Both the position numbers and the translations under genes were made by a program. The notes below the pieces were generated by a model that was not told where the DNA came from, did not search any database, and saw nothing but the letters and a program-made list of their open reading frames with translations. Source: a virus (lineage: Duplodnaviria > Caudoviricetes). Taken from it: DNA of 64,000 bases. The first letter of the stretch is position 1, and each line of letters begins with the position of its first letter. Shown here piece by piece: positions 1 through 9,568 of the stretch. Where the stretch lies: positions 23,356-87,355 of the IMG/VR virus record IMGVR_UViG_3300026165_000001; one strand, given 5' to 3'.

Positions 1-458
1 TATCGTGGTCGACGGTGCAATATCAACTGGTGCTTGGTGCGGTTCCACGTATATGTGTATTCAGCACCGAACAAACGACCAAGGGTTTCGTGATATTGAG
101 CTAGGAAGTCATACATAGCAAGTGTTCCGCTCTGTCCGCTTCCATAGCCGCGCAGGAAGGTGTTCCAGTAGTTTGCTTCAAATGGTTCAAACTCAACACC
201 GGTTGATGTTGTTCCGCTTACTCTTCCGTAAAGATCTTTTACGTCAATGATATTGTCTGGAAATGTGTATGTGTTGACATCTTCGGTAATCTCAAAAAAG
301 TGAAAGTTTTCTTCGACAGCGTTCTCACTTCGTTGTCTATATTTTTCTAAGGCTTTGTCGATTGATAGTTCATAGTGCTCAGGGTCGAGTTCAACGTCAA
401 CCATCTGGCCACCAAGTCTCAACTCAATCTCTTTTGTGATTTTTGCGCGATCTGTCAT
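1..458 (-). CDS. gp13: Neck protein (T4 gp13-like), 3' end outside window
   Basis: Not in ORF track. Manual translation from ATG at 458 (SD AGGAG upstream): MTDRAKITKEIELRLGGQMVDVELDPEHYELSIDKALEKYRQRSENAVEE..., open to position 1. The RLG-xxx-DVEL N-terminus is typical of gp13; divergent from gp14. Confidence 0.85.
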   Translation of the reverse strand, partial: MTDRAKITKEIELRLGGQMVDVELDPEHYELSIDKALEKYRQRSENAVEENFHFFEITEDVNTYTFPDNIIDVKDLYGRVSGTTSTGVEFEPFEANYWNTFLRGYGSGQSGTLAMYDFLAQYHETLGRLFGAEYTYTWNRTKHQLILHRRPR

Positions 459-478
459 AAAGTGCTCCTGCTGTCAGG

Positions 479-503
479 TATTTATTGCGATACTGGATAA
501 ATA
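479..503. promoter_or_regulatory. Back-to-back gp55-type late promoters for gp13 (-, 479-485) and gp14 (+, 497-503)
   Basis: TATTTAT at 479-485 and ATAAATA at 497-503 match the T4 late consensus TATAAATA core; gp55 homolog present in window. Confidence 0.75.
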
Positions 504-519
504 CCCGAAAGGAATCGCT

Positions 520-1626
520 ATGCCTCGCCTCTCTATGTGGAGTCCAAATAAGACCAACGACTACAAGTTCTTTGACCGCACTATCCGCGAGCAGTTTCAT
601 GTTGGCGGGACGGGGGCAATTATTCACAAGTATGTTGGTCCTGAAGATGGACAACTATCAGATGATCCTAGTCGACCTGATTATCAAAACAATAATGTTA
701 TAAACGAAACAACTATACAAGACTTGCTGTTACTTGAAAATCGTGACCGCAAGTATGACAAAGATCTATACGAATTGCGCGGCATTTATAATGTAAGCGA
801 TAACGACTTTGACCTCACACAATTTGGCCTATTCCTTACAAACGACACACTATACATGACATTCCACCTTAATGAAATGGTTGAAGTTTTGGGACGTAAA
901 CTCATGAGTGGCGACGTTATTGAGTTGCCGCATCTTATCGAACAATATGCTCTTGATGCAGACACGCCGCCCATTCCTAAATTCTATACTGTTAGTGATG
1001 GTAACAGAGGTGGTGAAGGTTTTAGTGCTACTTGGTGGCCACACATTTGGCGTGCCAAGCTTGAACCAATTACTGACAGCCAAGAGTTTGACGATATCCT
1101 AGGAAATGCAGATGATGCCGACAGTATGAAGAATGTATTCAGCACATTTGCCAAAGAAATGGATATCACTGACGCTGTAGTTGAAAGTGCTGCGGGAAAT
1201 GATCCTATTGGCGGCGCTACTCAGCTTGTAGATCATCTCTACAACTATGTCAATGAACAAGGATATAATTGGGATCCTGGCGAGACTATAGCATCAGGCG
1301 ATAATTTTCCAAGCACACCAAATCAAGGTGACTTCTACATACGCACAGATTTTCGTCCAAACCGTCTCTTTGTTTACAGGGATACACGTTGGGTGAGACT
1401 ATACGATAACATCGACGACCGCACTTGGAGCGATAGAACGTTCAATGCTTCAACCTTTGTAAATAATATCGATACAGATGTAGCCACAGGGCGAGAATAT
1501 AATTCACGCCAGAGCATTGAAGATGCGATTCGTCCACGAGCAGATTATGATGGCAACGCGGATGTTGATCTGGATGAAAGTTTTGATGTTAGTTTCAATA
1601 ACAAAGATTTTGGAAATGATCCATAA
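520..1626 (+). CDS. gp14: Neck / head-completion protein (T4 gp14-like)
   Basis: ORF 436..1626; real start likely ATG 520 (SD AAGGA, late promoter just upstream). DLLLLENRDRKY, FGLFL..DTLYMTFH and GDVIELP motifs; lies between gp13 and gp15. Confidence 0.75.
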   Translation: MPRLSMWSPNKTNDYKFFDRTIREQFHVGGTGAIIHKYVGPEDGQLSDDPSRPDYQNNNVINETTIQDLLLLENRDRKYDKDLYELRGIYNVSDNDFDLTQFGLFLTNDTLYMTFHLNEMVEVLGRKLMSGDVIELPHLIEQYALDADTPPIPKFYTVSDGNRGGEGFSATWWPHIWRAKLEPITDSQEFDDILGNADDADSMKNVFSTFAKEMDITDAVVESAAGNDPIGGATQLVDHLYNYVNEQGYNWDPGETIASGDNFPSTPNQGDFYIRTDFRPNRLFVYRDTRWVRLYDNIDDRTWSDRTFNASTFVNNIDTDVATGREYNSRQSIEDAIRPRADYDGNADVDLDESFDVSFNNKDFGNDP

Positions 1627-2978
1627 TGCAATATTTTTACGATGAACAAATAAGAAAATACCTCTTGCAATTTGTGCGAATTTTCGGAAATTTCACAGTT
1701 CAAAAAGGTTTTGATGCACAAGGAAATCCTGTTTACGAAACTGTGCCTGCGCGTTATGGTGACATGAGTAGACAAGTCGGTCATATTCTCAAAGAAAATA
1801 GCGAGAACAGTTTAAACACTGTTCCTTTCATTAGTTGCTATGTTAACAATCTTGAAATGAAACCAGATCTCCGTCGTTATCCTCAATTTGAAGAAACTCT
1901 ACAAGTAATAGAAAAAGAGTTTGATGAGGATAGCCATACCTATCTAGAAAACCCAGGCCAGAGCTATAATGTGACGCGTTACCAACCTGTGCCATATTTG
2001 CTTACCATGAACGTTGACATTTGGACCAGCAATACTGATCAAAAGCTTCAGCTTCTTGAACAAATTCTTGTCTTGTTCAATCCTGGAATCAACCTACACA
2101 CAAATCAAAACACACTGGATTGGACCAGTCTTGCATATTGTGAAATGACAAATACGACTTGGTCAAGTCGTAGTCTTCCAAGCGGAGCCGATACTGTTAT
2201 TGATGTCGCAACGCTAACATTTGAGATGCCTATCTTTATCAATCCTCCTGTCCGTGTTCAGCGTATGAATATCATCCATACTATCCTTACACAAATTCAT
2301 ACCCTAGACTTGGAAGACTTTGAAACTTGGACTGTGGACGCAATCACAGGAGATAATAGCAGCTTTGTGGTCACAACACTGGAAGATTATTGGATTCGTT
2401 TTGAAGATGGCAGCGCCTTGTTGTTACAACGCAATGGTGATGATCAAGGTGGTTTAGGCACAGTTCTAAATTGGGAGAAGGATGTGTTCAGCAATTATGG
2501 TGAATTGCGTCCTGGCATAAGTCAGATTCGTTTACGTCAGGGTGACGACGTAACAGATCCCAGTAGCGATGTAATAGGAACGATTGATTTTGATCCAAAC
2601 AATAACCAAAGATTAATAGTAAATATTGATGCAGACACTCTTCCTAACAACACACAAGGAACGGTTGACGCTATTATCAATCCACAAAATACAGGCCCGG
2701 GTGATGGCAACTTGCCCAGTGCAGTTCTTGGACAGAGATATCTTGTGCTTGACGAAGTTCCAAGTGGTGGAATTTGGGGGACCATTACAGCGGGCAAAAA
2801 CGATATTATTGAATTTAATGGTGGTTCATGGGTCGTCAGTTTTGACTCAAGTGCTAATGGTGGCACAGAATATGTAACTAATACTGCTACCGGAGATCAA
2901 TTTGAGTGGACTGGTGAGTTTTGGCAGAACAGTTATGAAGGCACTTACCGAGAAGGTTGGTGGCGTCTTTACATATAA
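1626..2978 (+). CDS. gp15: Tail sheath stabilizer / tail terminator (T4 gp15-like) with C-terminal extension
   Basis: MQYFYDEQIRKYLLQF..IFGNF, VPARYG, PVPY..MNVDIW and QLLEQILVLFNP are gp15-family hallmarks. Confidence 0.85.
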   Translation: MQYFYDEQIRKYLLQFVRIFGNFTVQKGFDAQGNPVYETVPARYGDMSRQVGHILKENSENSLNTVPFISCYVNNLEMKPDLRRYPQFEETLQVIEKEFDEDSHTYLENPGQSYNVTRYQPVPYLLTMNVDIWTSNTDQKLQLLEQILVLFNPGINLHTNQNTLDWTSLAYCEMTNTTWSSRSLPSGADTVIDVATLTFEMPIFINPPVRVQRMNIIHTILTQIHTLDLEDFETWTVDAITGDNSSFVVTTLEDYWIRFEDGSALLLQRNGDDQGGLGTVLNWEKDVFSNYGELRPGISQIRLRQGDDVTDPSSDVIGTIDFDPNNNQRLIVNIDADTLPNNTQGTVDAIINPQNTGPGDGNLPSAVLGQRYLVLDEVPSGGIWGTITAGKNDIIEFNGGSWVVSFDSSANGGTEYVTNTATGDQFEWTGEFWQNSYEGTYREGWWRLYI

Positions 2979-2981
2979 ATA
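2974..2981 (+). promoter_or_regulatory. Late promoter TATAAATA, probably leaderless for the NUDIX gene
   Basis: Perfect T4 late consensus overlapping the gp15 stop; ATG follows 5 nt later. Confidence 0.7.
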
Positions 2982-2986
2982 GACAC

Positions 2987-3430
2987 ATGACAATCAGAGC
3001 AAGCGGATGTATTCTACTAAGCGAGAATACAAAAAGGATTTTGCTTCAGCTACGAAAACCAGACCGCAAAAACAAAAATTATTGGGGATTTTGGGGAGGC
3101 ACACAAGAAGGCCAAGAACTTCCTGTGCAAACAATTGAGCGTGAATTGGAAGAAGAGCTTGGATTTTTGCCTGACATTACTAAATTTATTCCAATACATA
3201 AAATGGTGAGTAATGACGAATCATTTGAGTATGACACATTCCTCGCCACTGTTCCTCAAGAATTTACACCCAACATAAATGGCGAAAGCGAAGGCTACGC
3301 CTGGGTTAACTACGACCGTTATCCAGTTCCGTTACACCCAGGCGCTAAAATAGTTCTTCAAAATCCTCGTATAATAAGTAAGATCAAAACTGTGGTCGAT
3401 CAGCTTGTCACTGCCCAGGACATCAGATAA
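2987..3430 (+). CDS. NUDIX hydrolase
   Basis: Nudix box GGTQEGQELPVQTIERELEEELG (GX5EX7REUXEEXG); start placed at ATG 2987 within ORF 2957..3430. Confidence 0.9.
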   Translation: MTIRASGCILLSENTKRILLQLRKPDRKNKNYWGFWGGTQEGQELPVQTIERELEEELGFLPDITKFIPIHKMVSNDESFEYDTFLATVPQEFTPNINGESEGYAWVNYDRYPVPLHPGAKIVLQNPRIISKIKTVVDQLVTAQDIR

Positions 3431-3435
3431 TACAT

Positions 3436-4515
3436 TTATGCTAGATCGCCTTTGATATTAACAACGTTATTGTCAATAAACTTAATCGTTACAACGCCAT
3501 ATTGACCTGCTGATTGAGTTAAGCCTCCAAGACTTAAAATAGTAACAGCTTCTGCTAGAGAAGTAAAATTTAATGCACCCGATCCTGATTGTTCGATATA
3601 AAATTCATCTCCAACTGAAAATGTGTTTGATGGAATTTCTACATCAAAAGGCAATCCACCTGAGTTATTAAGTCGTATGTATGTGCCTGCGTCAATTCCT
3701 GCAAGATTGAAAAGGAAATCAGCGGTTACATCTAGAACAGTTGGAAAACCTCCTCCTCCTCCACCACCACTTTCTATAGCAATATTCGCTTGTCCAGATC
3801 CAGCATCTGTAACCGTAACACTAGAACCTGTGAAGTTCAATGTTGATGCTGTTCCTACGATGCTCACACCATCATCTTCTACAGCAAAAGATCCACCTCC
3901 ACCCGAGGAATCAATAGTAATTGTTCCAGCACCATCATCATATGTAAGTGTGATATTTGATCCAGCAACAAGAAGATCATTTACTCGATCGTCTACTCGT
4001 TCATCTGTGTAATATAGATTGCTACCCTCAGATATTTGTGCGGTGGTTGATGGTCCATTGATTGTTAGTAGGTTAGAACCATCATCGTAACTTAATCCAA
4101 TATTTGTTCCACCAGCTAACATTGCAGCAACACGGTCGTCTACTCTTTCGTCTGTAAAATAAAGATTACTACCTTCTGCTAAATCTCCGGTATCATTACC
4201 ACTTAAATCAACATTACCATCATTTATTTGCTCCCAAACAGCGGTAACATTTGTGTTGTCCAAACAGACATATATTGCATCATTTGTTTCATCAATCCAA
4301 AAATCACCAACAGCAAATTTACCATTACCACCACTACCGTCAACATCATCGTTAACAGTGGGCGCGGCAGTTTTGCCTGTAATTTTGAATGGAACACTGT
4401 CTGATATATTATCAAAATGTGTGCGTAAATCCTCAGCGGTAATTCCGCCTGTTGCGTTCGTTGCGAACAATGTATCTGTTAATGTTCTAAAGGTGCTGTT
4501 TGAAACTTGTGCCAT
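3436..4515 (-). CDS. Fibre protein (candidate neck/collar fibre), paralog of the 47494/51422/53268 fibres
   Basis: N-terminal NATGGITAEDLR..APTVNDD..GDFWIDE..YVCLDN domain; two EGSNLY(F/Y)TDERVDDRV repeats; shared C-terminal F-x-VGD..IEQ..QYG..IKGDLA domain. Confidence 0.7.
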   Translation of the reverse strand: MAQVSNSTFRTLTDTLFATNATGGITAEDLRTHFDNISDSVPFKITGKTAAPTVNDDVDGSGGNGKFAVGDFWIDETNDAIYVCLDNTNVTAVWEQINDGNVDLSGNDTGDLAEGSNLYFTDERVDDRVAAMLAGGTNIGLSYDDGSNLLTINGPSTTAQISEGSNLYYTDERVDDRVNDLLVAGSNITLTYDDGAGTITIDSSGGGGSFAVEDDGVSIVGTASTLNFTGSSVTVTDAGSGQANIAIESGGGGGGGFPTVLDVTADFLFNLAGIDAGTYIRLNNSGGLPFDVEIPSNTFSVGDEFYIEQSGSGALNFTSLAEAVTILSLGGLTQSAGQYGVVTIKFIDNNVVNIKGDLA

Positions 4516-4589
4516 ATTTACTTACTCTTGCCTTTTCTGGATTCTATCCTGTCTTACTATCTTAATTATCTGTTTTTTCTCGTCGTGGA

Positions 4590-5174
4590 TCAATACTCTT
4601 TAATTCCGTATAAAAATCCTCGTCCAGTCATAACACTAGCTGGCATCTGGAATCTTAGATTTGTTATATCACTAGTAGTAAAGCGCATTCCGCCAAACTG
4701 ACAAAGCACTGGTCGATCACCGTTAGCAACTGTTGAGTGATAACTTCCAGCACCCACAAATCCCGTATAGGCTCCAGCCTCATTGGCATTAAAAATCAAC
4801 ATCTCTAGTCTGAGACCATCCCTTGCACCATCATTACCAATTCCTTCACCTGAAGCATTGAAGATTAAACGATTATCAACCTCAGTATATAAACTGTTTC
4901 CAGCGCCATCTCTGCTTTGGGCAATAGTTGAGTAATCACCACTCGTGCTGTCCCATGAGACTCCGTTATCTGTTGATGTTTCCATTTCAAAAACACCATC
5001 ATTTGATGCAAATACAGTATTCACGAAACGGACAACATAAACCGGATATGATCCATCTAGATTAAAGATCACACTGGTCGCAGAAAAGTTTTGTGCATCT
5101 AGTCGTATCTCAGCCGGACGATAGATTCCCTTTCCGCGGTATCGTAATTCATTAGTTCTTAGTGTTCCACTCAT
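4590..5174 (-). CDS. Putative fibre tip / adhesin subunit
   Basis: 194 aa, beta-rich, MSGTLRTNEL N-terminus, ends LYGIKEY; similar to 5860..6426. Confidence 0.55.
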   Translation of the reverse strand: MSGTLRTNELRYRGKGIYRPAEIRLDAQNFSATSVIFNLDGSYPVYVVRFVNTVFASNDGVFEMETSTDNGVSWDSTSGDYSTIAQSRDGAGNSLYTEVDNRLIFNASGEGIGNDGARDGLRLEMLIFNANEAGAYTGFVGAGSYHSTVANGDRPVLCQFGGMRFTTSDITNLRFQMPASVMTGRGFLYGIKEY

Positions 5175-5860
5175 AGGCTTTGTCCTACTCTTCCCATGTT
5201 GTTTGTTGGTTTTTGTCTCACATATAGCACAGCTCTACCTGTAATAGTCTCGTCGTTCTCTGTCATAAATGCAAATCCCACAGCGGGATTTGCAAGGGCT
5301 ACATGACTACCTCCACCACTTGGCATGACAAATACATTATCACTCCCATTAAGTTGAACTCCCATTGATGAGAATGCGAAAAATTTTCCTAGGGCCACAT
5401 AAATTTCACCACTCCATCCACCTGCTGTATCCTCATCTCGAATATCAGCCGGGTGTAGCATGGCATCGTTCTGTCCACTTCCTCCAGGGGTATCAACATC
5501 AGGGGTTCCATCAGCTTGGAGTTCGATATAACTCCAGCTCTTATTTCCATCATTAAGTATAGGGGCAAGTCGGTGACCATTAGTTCCTCTTGACAGTGGA
5601 ACCAGTTGGAATCTCCTCGCATCAACCGTTGTGTGTAGGTTAAGACAAAGTATTCTGAATTCGAATAGATTTAAGTCTTCTTCATTTGGAGTGAATCCAA
5701 ATGTCCGTTCGATTACATCAATACCATCCCACCCAGGCATTCTGGGATCACCAACAGTGCTACCAGGAAGGGACCCAAAGTCAATACTATCCACATAGGA
5801 CCAGTCCCGGTATATGCTTTCGCCGTTGCCGTCAAGAAGATCGTCAATGGTAGTTGTCAT
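5171..5860 (-). CDS. Putative fibre tip / adhesin subunit
   Basis: 229 aa; translationally coupled to both neighbours; MTTTIDDLLDGNG N-terminus, GRAVLYVRQ near the C-terminus. Confidence 0.5.
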   Translation of the reverse strand: MTTTIDDLLDGNGESIYRDWSYVDSIDFGSLPGSTVGDPRMPGWDGIDVIERTFGFTPNEEDLNLFEFRILCLNLHTTVDARRFQLVPLSRGTNGHRLAPILNDGNKSWSYIELQADGTPDVDTPGGSGQNDAMLHPADIRDEDTAGGWSGEIYVALGKFFAFSSMGVQLNGSDNVFVMPSGGGSHVALANPAVGFAFMTENDETITGRAVLYVRQKPTNNMGRVGQSL

Positions 5861-6426
5861 TAATAGTTCCTTCCATAAAGAGACATGCCTATCGAGGTTA
5901 AATCACCGCCGGGCTCATGTAAAGATACGAATGTGATCTTGGTTGAGGGATTGTAGGCGCCAGTGGCTCGGAACCTATTTGAATACAAGGCGCCACTAAA
6001 CTCAAAGTGAGTTGGTGCCGCTGCATATGGATCGAAGATGAGCGTTCTCAAGGTTTCATCACCTGAGGTGTTGCTAGATATGCTGTTTTTAATACTGTCT
6101 CCCCCAGTTGAATTAGTCCCAAAAAAAGCGCCTGTGTTATTTACACCATATGAAATATAAGAGTAATCATTTGTGGTAATCCATGTAGGGGTGCTACCAG
6201 TGTTTGTTGCTACACGGAATTCTATATCGGTCCCGAATCCTCCACTGATGGCAAAAATTTCCATCTCAAGATAATCATAGTCACCATCATATGGTTGGAT
6301 GTCAAATCCAAGATAATCAGTATTCAATTCCCCTTCACTTCCCCGGAAGAAGCTGTCAAGTAGCACTCTCTCATTCATATTGTTTCCGTCCAGATCTTGA
6401 AGTGATCCAATTTGTAATGTGCTCAT
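5860..6426 (-). CDS. Putative fibre tip / adhesin subunit
   Basis: 188 aa; strong SD GGAGG; MSTLQIGSLQDLDG N-terminus, ends SLYGRNY; directly downstream of the 1026-aa fibre. Confidence 0.55.
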   Translation of the reverse strand: MSTLQIGSLQDLDGNNMNERVLLDSFFRGSEGELNTDYLGFDIQPYDGDYDYLEMEIFAISGGFGTDIEFRVATNTGSTPTWITTNDYSYISYGVNNTGAFFGTNSTGGDSIKNSISSNTSGDETLRTLIFDPYAAAPTHFEFSGALYSNRFRATGAYNPSTKITFVSLHEPGGDLTSIGMSLYGRNY

Positions 6427-6435
6427 ATGTCCTCC

Positions 6436-9400
6436 TTAAACAATGGATAAATTTCCATTTACAGTAATGGTAGTTCCAGTAGCAATTTCAAGTGGTCCTG
6501 CTGCGCTGGCATTCTCGTTGGCATCTATGGTTACATCTGTATTGAGGACTTGCTCATTGACACGGAAGATATCTCCTGGTGCTGATCCAACTTCACCATT
6601 CTCGCCTTTGAAAAGACCGGCGCCGCCTCCGCCGCCAAGTGCGGCCCAAGAACTATTTGAATATCCTTCAAACTCATTATTTGTTGAGTTATAACGGATA
6701 TATCCATCAGCACCAGTTGGTCTTTGTGCATCTGTTCCTACAGGCAACCGGATGGCATCAGTTGCGCTGATATCAAGACTAACAGCGGGTGCACCAGTTC
6801 CAATACCAATCAAACCATCAGATTTGACAACCAATCTATTATTAGCGCCATCTGTTTGAAACTGTATATCAGCAGCATCAATGGTTCTCATTATTAGTGA
6901 GTCTGTTCCTCTATGAAACAGGCTTGTATTGCCTTCGCTGGCTCTTAGAATTCTAAATCCATAATCTGTGTAGGTAGTTCCTCCAACAAGATCGATAAAT
7001 GCATTGCCGTCGCCTGTTCTACCTTCACCGATCTGGATAAAGTGTGGTGCTGTTCCTGTGCTTCTAGTGAGATTGATGTTGTCAGCGAATGTCTTGTTGC
7101 CGCCAATTGTTTGATTGCTTGTTAAATCTACATAATCAGCTGGGTCGAATGCCTTAACTGCTGCTAGGTTGGTTACCTCACTGTCCATTAATGCTCCAGC
7201 CGCTGTAACATTGGCAGTGTCAGTTACATCAGCCAGTGCCTCTATGCCATCTAGCTTGGTGCCATCAGATGCGAGGTCTCTGCCATCAACTGTTCCACTT
7301 ACTGTGATATTGCCTGTAATATCAAGTGCGGCTCCATTGTAGGTAAGTCCGGTTGTGCCTTCAATAGTGCCATCACCAGTCCATACGCCAACTTGGTTGT
7401 CAACTGGTGTGCCTACTTTGTTTACATCCCCTCCTCCAGCAATGCTAGCCCATGTTCCATCTCCTCTCCAGTATGTTGAAGAACTCGCTCCTGTTCCACC
7501 GTTGAGGTTTGATACTGGAAGATTTCCAGTTACTTGACTTGCAAGATCAATGTTGGCATCGTTAGTGTATGTGCCAGCACCTGTCCTGCGCATAAATCCA
7601 TTTGTAGAAAAGTCACTATCCATAACAGCGCCTGCGGCTGCCACATTAACAGTATCAGTTACATCTGCTAGTGCTTCAATGCCTGCTAGCTTTGAGATGT
7701 CGCCTGCGGTTGTAAACTTATTTGTGGTAGAAGTGTCATCTAAATCATCTGGGTCCAATACCACAGCACCCGTCAATCCGTTGACACTGTCAACATCTCC
7801 GCCGGCATCAATAGTCAATGTTCCAGCCACATCGTTATATGTAAGTGTTACATTTGAGCCCGCTGTGAGTAGGCTATCAACTCTATCGTCTACTCGTTCA
7901 TCTGTATAGTAGAGATTTGTTCCTTCACTTAGATCGTCTGTATCCTTGGTCCCTAGTCTTGTATCAAAGTCTGTATTGAAAGTGTTGTAGTATGCGGGCT
8001 CTGCCCAACTTCCATCTGCTCTCAAAAAGTTGGTTGTACCTCCACCTGAGCTAGGGACAATACCACTGTTACTAATGTTGAATGTGCGCAGTAGATCAGT
8101 TGCCGCAGGGCCTGTGAGTGCTTCAATATCGCCTGTGCCACTACTGTCACGACCAAGTATGCGATTGGTAGCAATGTGCTGCATCTTGGCAAAAGTAATA
8201 GCTTGATCTGGAACGGCCACTGTGAGTGTTCCTGCCACATCATTATATGTTAAGTTAATGGCATCGCCTTCAACGAGAAGTGCTGCAACTCTATCGTCTA
8301 CTCGTTCATCTGTGTAGTAGAGATTTGTTCCTTCACTTAGATCTGTTGTAGAATTGCCACTCAAGTCTTGAAGTGCTGTGTCTGCCAAATCGCCCTGTGC
8401 TGCTGTGGCATAGTCAGCCGGATCAAATGCCTTAACTGCTGCTAGGTTGGTTACCTCACTATCCATGAGTGCCCCTGCTGATGTAACATTAGCAGTATCA
8501 GTTACATCAGCGCCAGTTTCAATACCTGCTAGTTTTGTTTGTTCGCTATCTGTAAAGGCATTTGTATTAACATTATTTTCATAAGCAGTCTTGATCTCAG
8601 CATCTGTTTGGTCTGCTGTCGCACCAGTTTCAATACCTGCTAGTTTTGAGATGTCACCTGCCGTTGTAAACTTGTTGGTTGTTGAGGTGTCATCTAGATC
8701 ATCTGGGTCCAATACCACAACACCTGTTTGTCCATTTACACTATCAACTGGAGCCGTTCCGCCTGCCGCATCAATAGTCAGTGTTCCTGACACATCATCA
8801 TATGTGAGGGTAATGTTTGTTCCACCAACCAGTAGACTGTCAACTCTATCGTCTACTCGTTCATTGGTGAAGTAAAGGTTTGTTCCCTCACTTAGATCGG
8901 TAGTTGAACTACCTGAAAGATCCTGTAGTGCTGTGTCTGCCAAATCGCCCTGTGCGGCAGTAGCATAGTCAGCCGGATCAAATGCCTTGACATCAGCTAG
9001 ATTTGTTACTTCGCTGTCCATTAGGGCACCTGCTGATGTAACATTGGCAGTATCAGTCACATCTGCTAGTGCTTCCACTCCTGCTAGTTTTGTTTGTTCA
9101 GCATCAGTAAAGGCATTGGTATCAGCATTATTTTCATAAGCAGTCTTTATCTCTGCATCTGTTTGATCGGCAGTTGCGCCTGCTTCCACTCCTGCTAGCT
9201 TTGAGATGTCGCTTGCGGTTGTAAACTTGTTGGTTGTTGAGGTGTCATCTAGATCATCTGGATCCAATACCACAACACCTGTTTGTCCATTTACACTGTC
9301 AACGTCTCCGCCACTTCCTCCCCCGATCGCGCCCCAGCCTGAGTTATATCCTTCAAACTGACCAAGGTCAGAATTGAAACGTATCATACCATCAACACCA

Positions 9401-9516
9401 GATGGTCGATTACCTGTTGTGCCTACTGGTAACTTGACAGCACCTAGAATATCGAATGTGAGTGTCTCGTCTTCAGTTGAGATCAGGTTACCATTATGAT
9501 TTAAATTAATTGGCAT
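6436..9516 (-). CDS. Long repetitive fibre protein (1026 aa)
   Basis: LPVGT..RP..G.IR(F/Y)N..FEGY motifs at both ends, VDSVNG(Q/L)TG and EGTNLYYTDERVDDRV repeats, C-terminal NENASAAGPLEIATGTTITV domain. Confidence 0.8.
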   Translation of the reverse strand: MPINLNHNGNLISTEDETLTFDILGAVKLPVGTTGNRPSGVDGMIRFNSDLGQFEGYNSGWGAIGGGSGGDVDSVNGQTGVVVLDPDDLDDTSTTNKFTTASDISKLAGVEAGATADQTDAEIKTAYENNADTNAFTDAEQTKLAGVEALADVTDTANVTSAGALMDSEVTNLADVKAFDPADYATAAQGDLADTALQDLSGSSTTDLSEGTNLYFTNERVDDRVDSLLVGGTNITLTYDDVSGTLTIDAAGGTAPVDSVNGQTGVVVLDPDDLDDTSTTNKFTTAGDISKLAGIETGATADQTDAEIKTAYENNVNTNAFTDSEQTKLAGIETGADVTDTANVTSAGALMDSEVTNLAAVKAFDPADYATAAQGDLADTALQDLSGNSTTDLSEGTNLYYTDERVDDRVAALLVEGDAINLTYNDVAGTLTVAVPDQAITFAKMQHIATNRILGRDSSGTGDIEALTGPAATDLLRTFNISNSGIVPSSGGGTTNFLRADGSWAEPAYYNTFNTDFDTRLGTKDTDDLSEGTNLYYTDERVDDRVDSLLTAGSNVTLTYNDVAGTLTIDAGGDVDSVNGLTGAVVLDPDDLDDTSTTNKFTTAGDISKLAGIEALADVTDTVNVAAAGAVMDSDFSTNGFMRRTGAGTYTNDANIDLASQVTGNLPVSNLNGGTGASSSTYWRGDGTWASIAGGGDVNKVGTPVDNQVGVWTGDGTIEGTTGLTYNGAALDITGNITVSGTVDGRDLASDGTKLDGIEALADVTDTANVTAAGALMDSEVTNLAAVKAFDPADYVDLTSNQTIGGNKTFADNINLTRSTGTAPHFIQIGEGRTGDGNAFIDLVGGTTYTDYGFRILRASEGNTSLFHRGTDSLIMRTIDAADIQFQTDGANNRLVVKSDGLIGIGTGAPAVSLDISATDAIRLPVGTDAQRPTGADGYIRYNSTNNEFEGYSNSSWAALGGGGGAGLFKGENGEVGSAPGDIFRVNEQVLNTDVTIDANENASAAGPLEIATGTTITVNGNLSIV
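8230..9300 (-). repeat. Internal ~555-bp (185-aa) tandem duplication in the fibre gene; further partial copies near 7140-7260 and 7640-7940
   Basis: GTTTGTCCATTTACACT starts at 9281 and at 8726 (period 555); near-identical protein blocks. Confidence 0.9.
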
Positions 9517-9533
9517 TTTTGTGAAGATTCCTA

Positions 9534-9562
9534 TTGACTTCCTGGTATTTATCGCTTATATT
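9534..9562 (+). promoter_or_regulatory. sigma70 promoter TTGACT-N17-TATATT, with a minus-strand late promoter (9546-9552) nested in its spacer
   Basis: -35 at 9534-9539, -10 at 9557-9562; TATTTAT in the spacer reads ATAAATA toward the fibre gene. Confidence 0.75.
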
Positions 9563-9568
9563 GAATAC

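Noticed and set aside
436-519. Extended N-terminus of gp14, and similar extensions at 2957, 26276, 52594 and 58810
   Set aside because: They overlap opposite or upstream genes; downstream ATGs have an SD, a promoter or TAATG coupling.
6436-9516. Repeats as a CRISPR array or DGR template/variable pair
   Set aside because: Repeats are in-frame coding units without unique spacers; differences look largely synonymous rather than adenine-specific; no reverse transcriptase or cas gene in the window.
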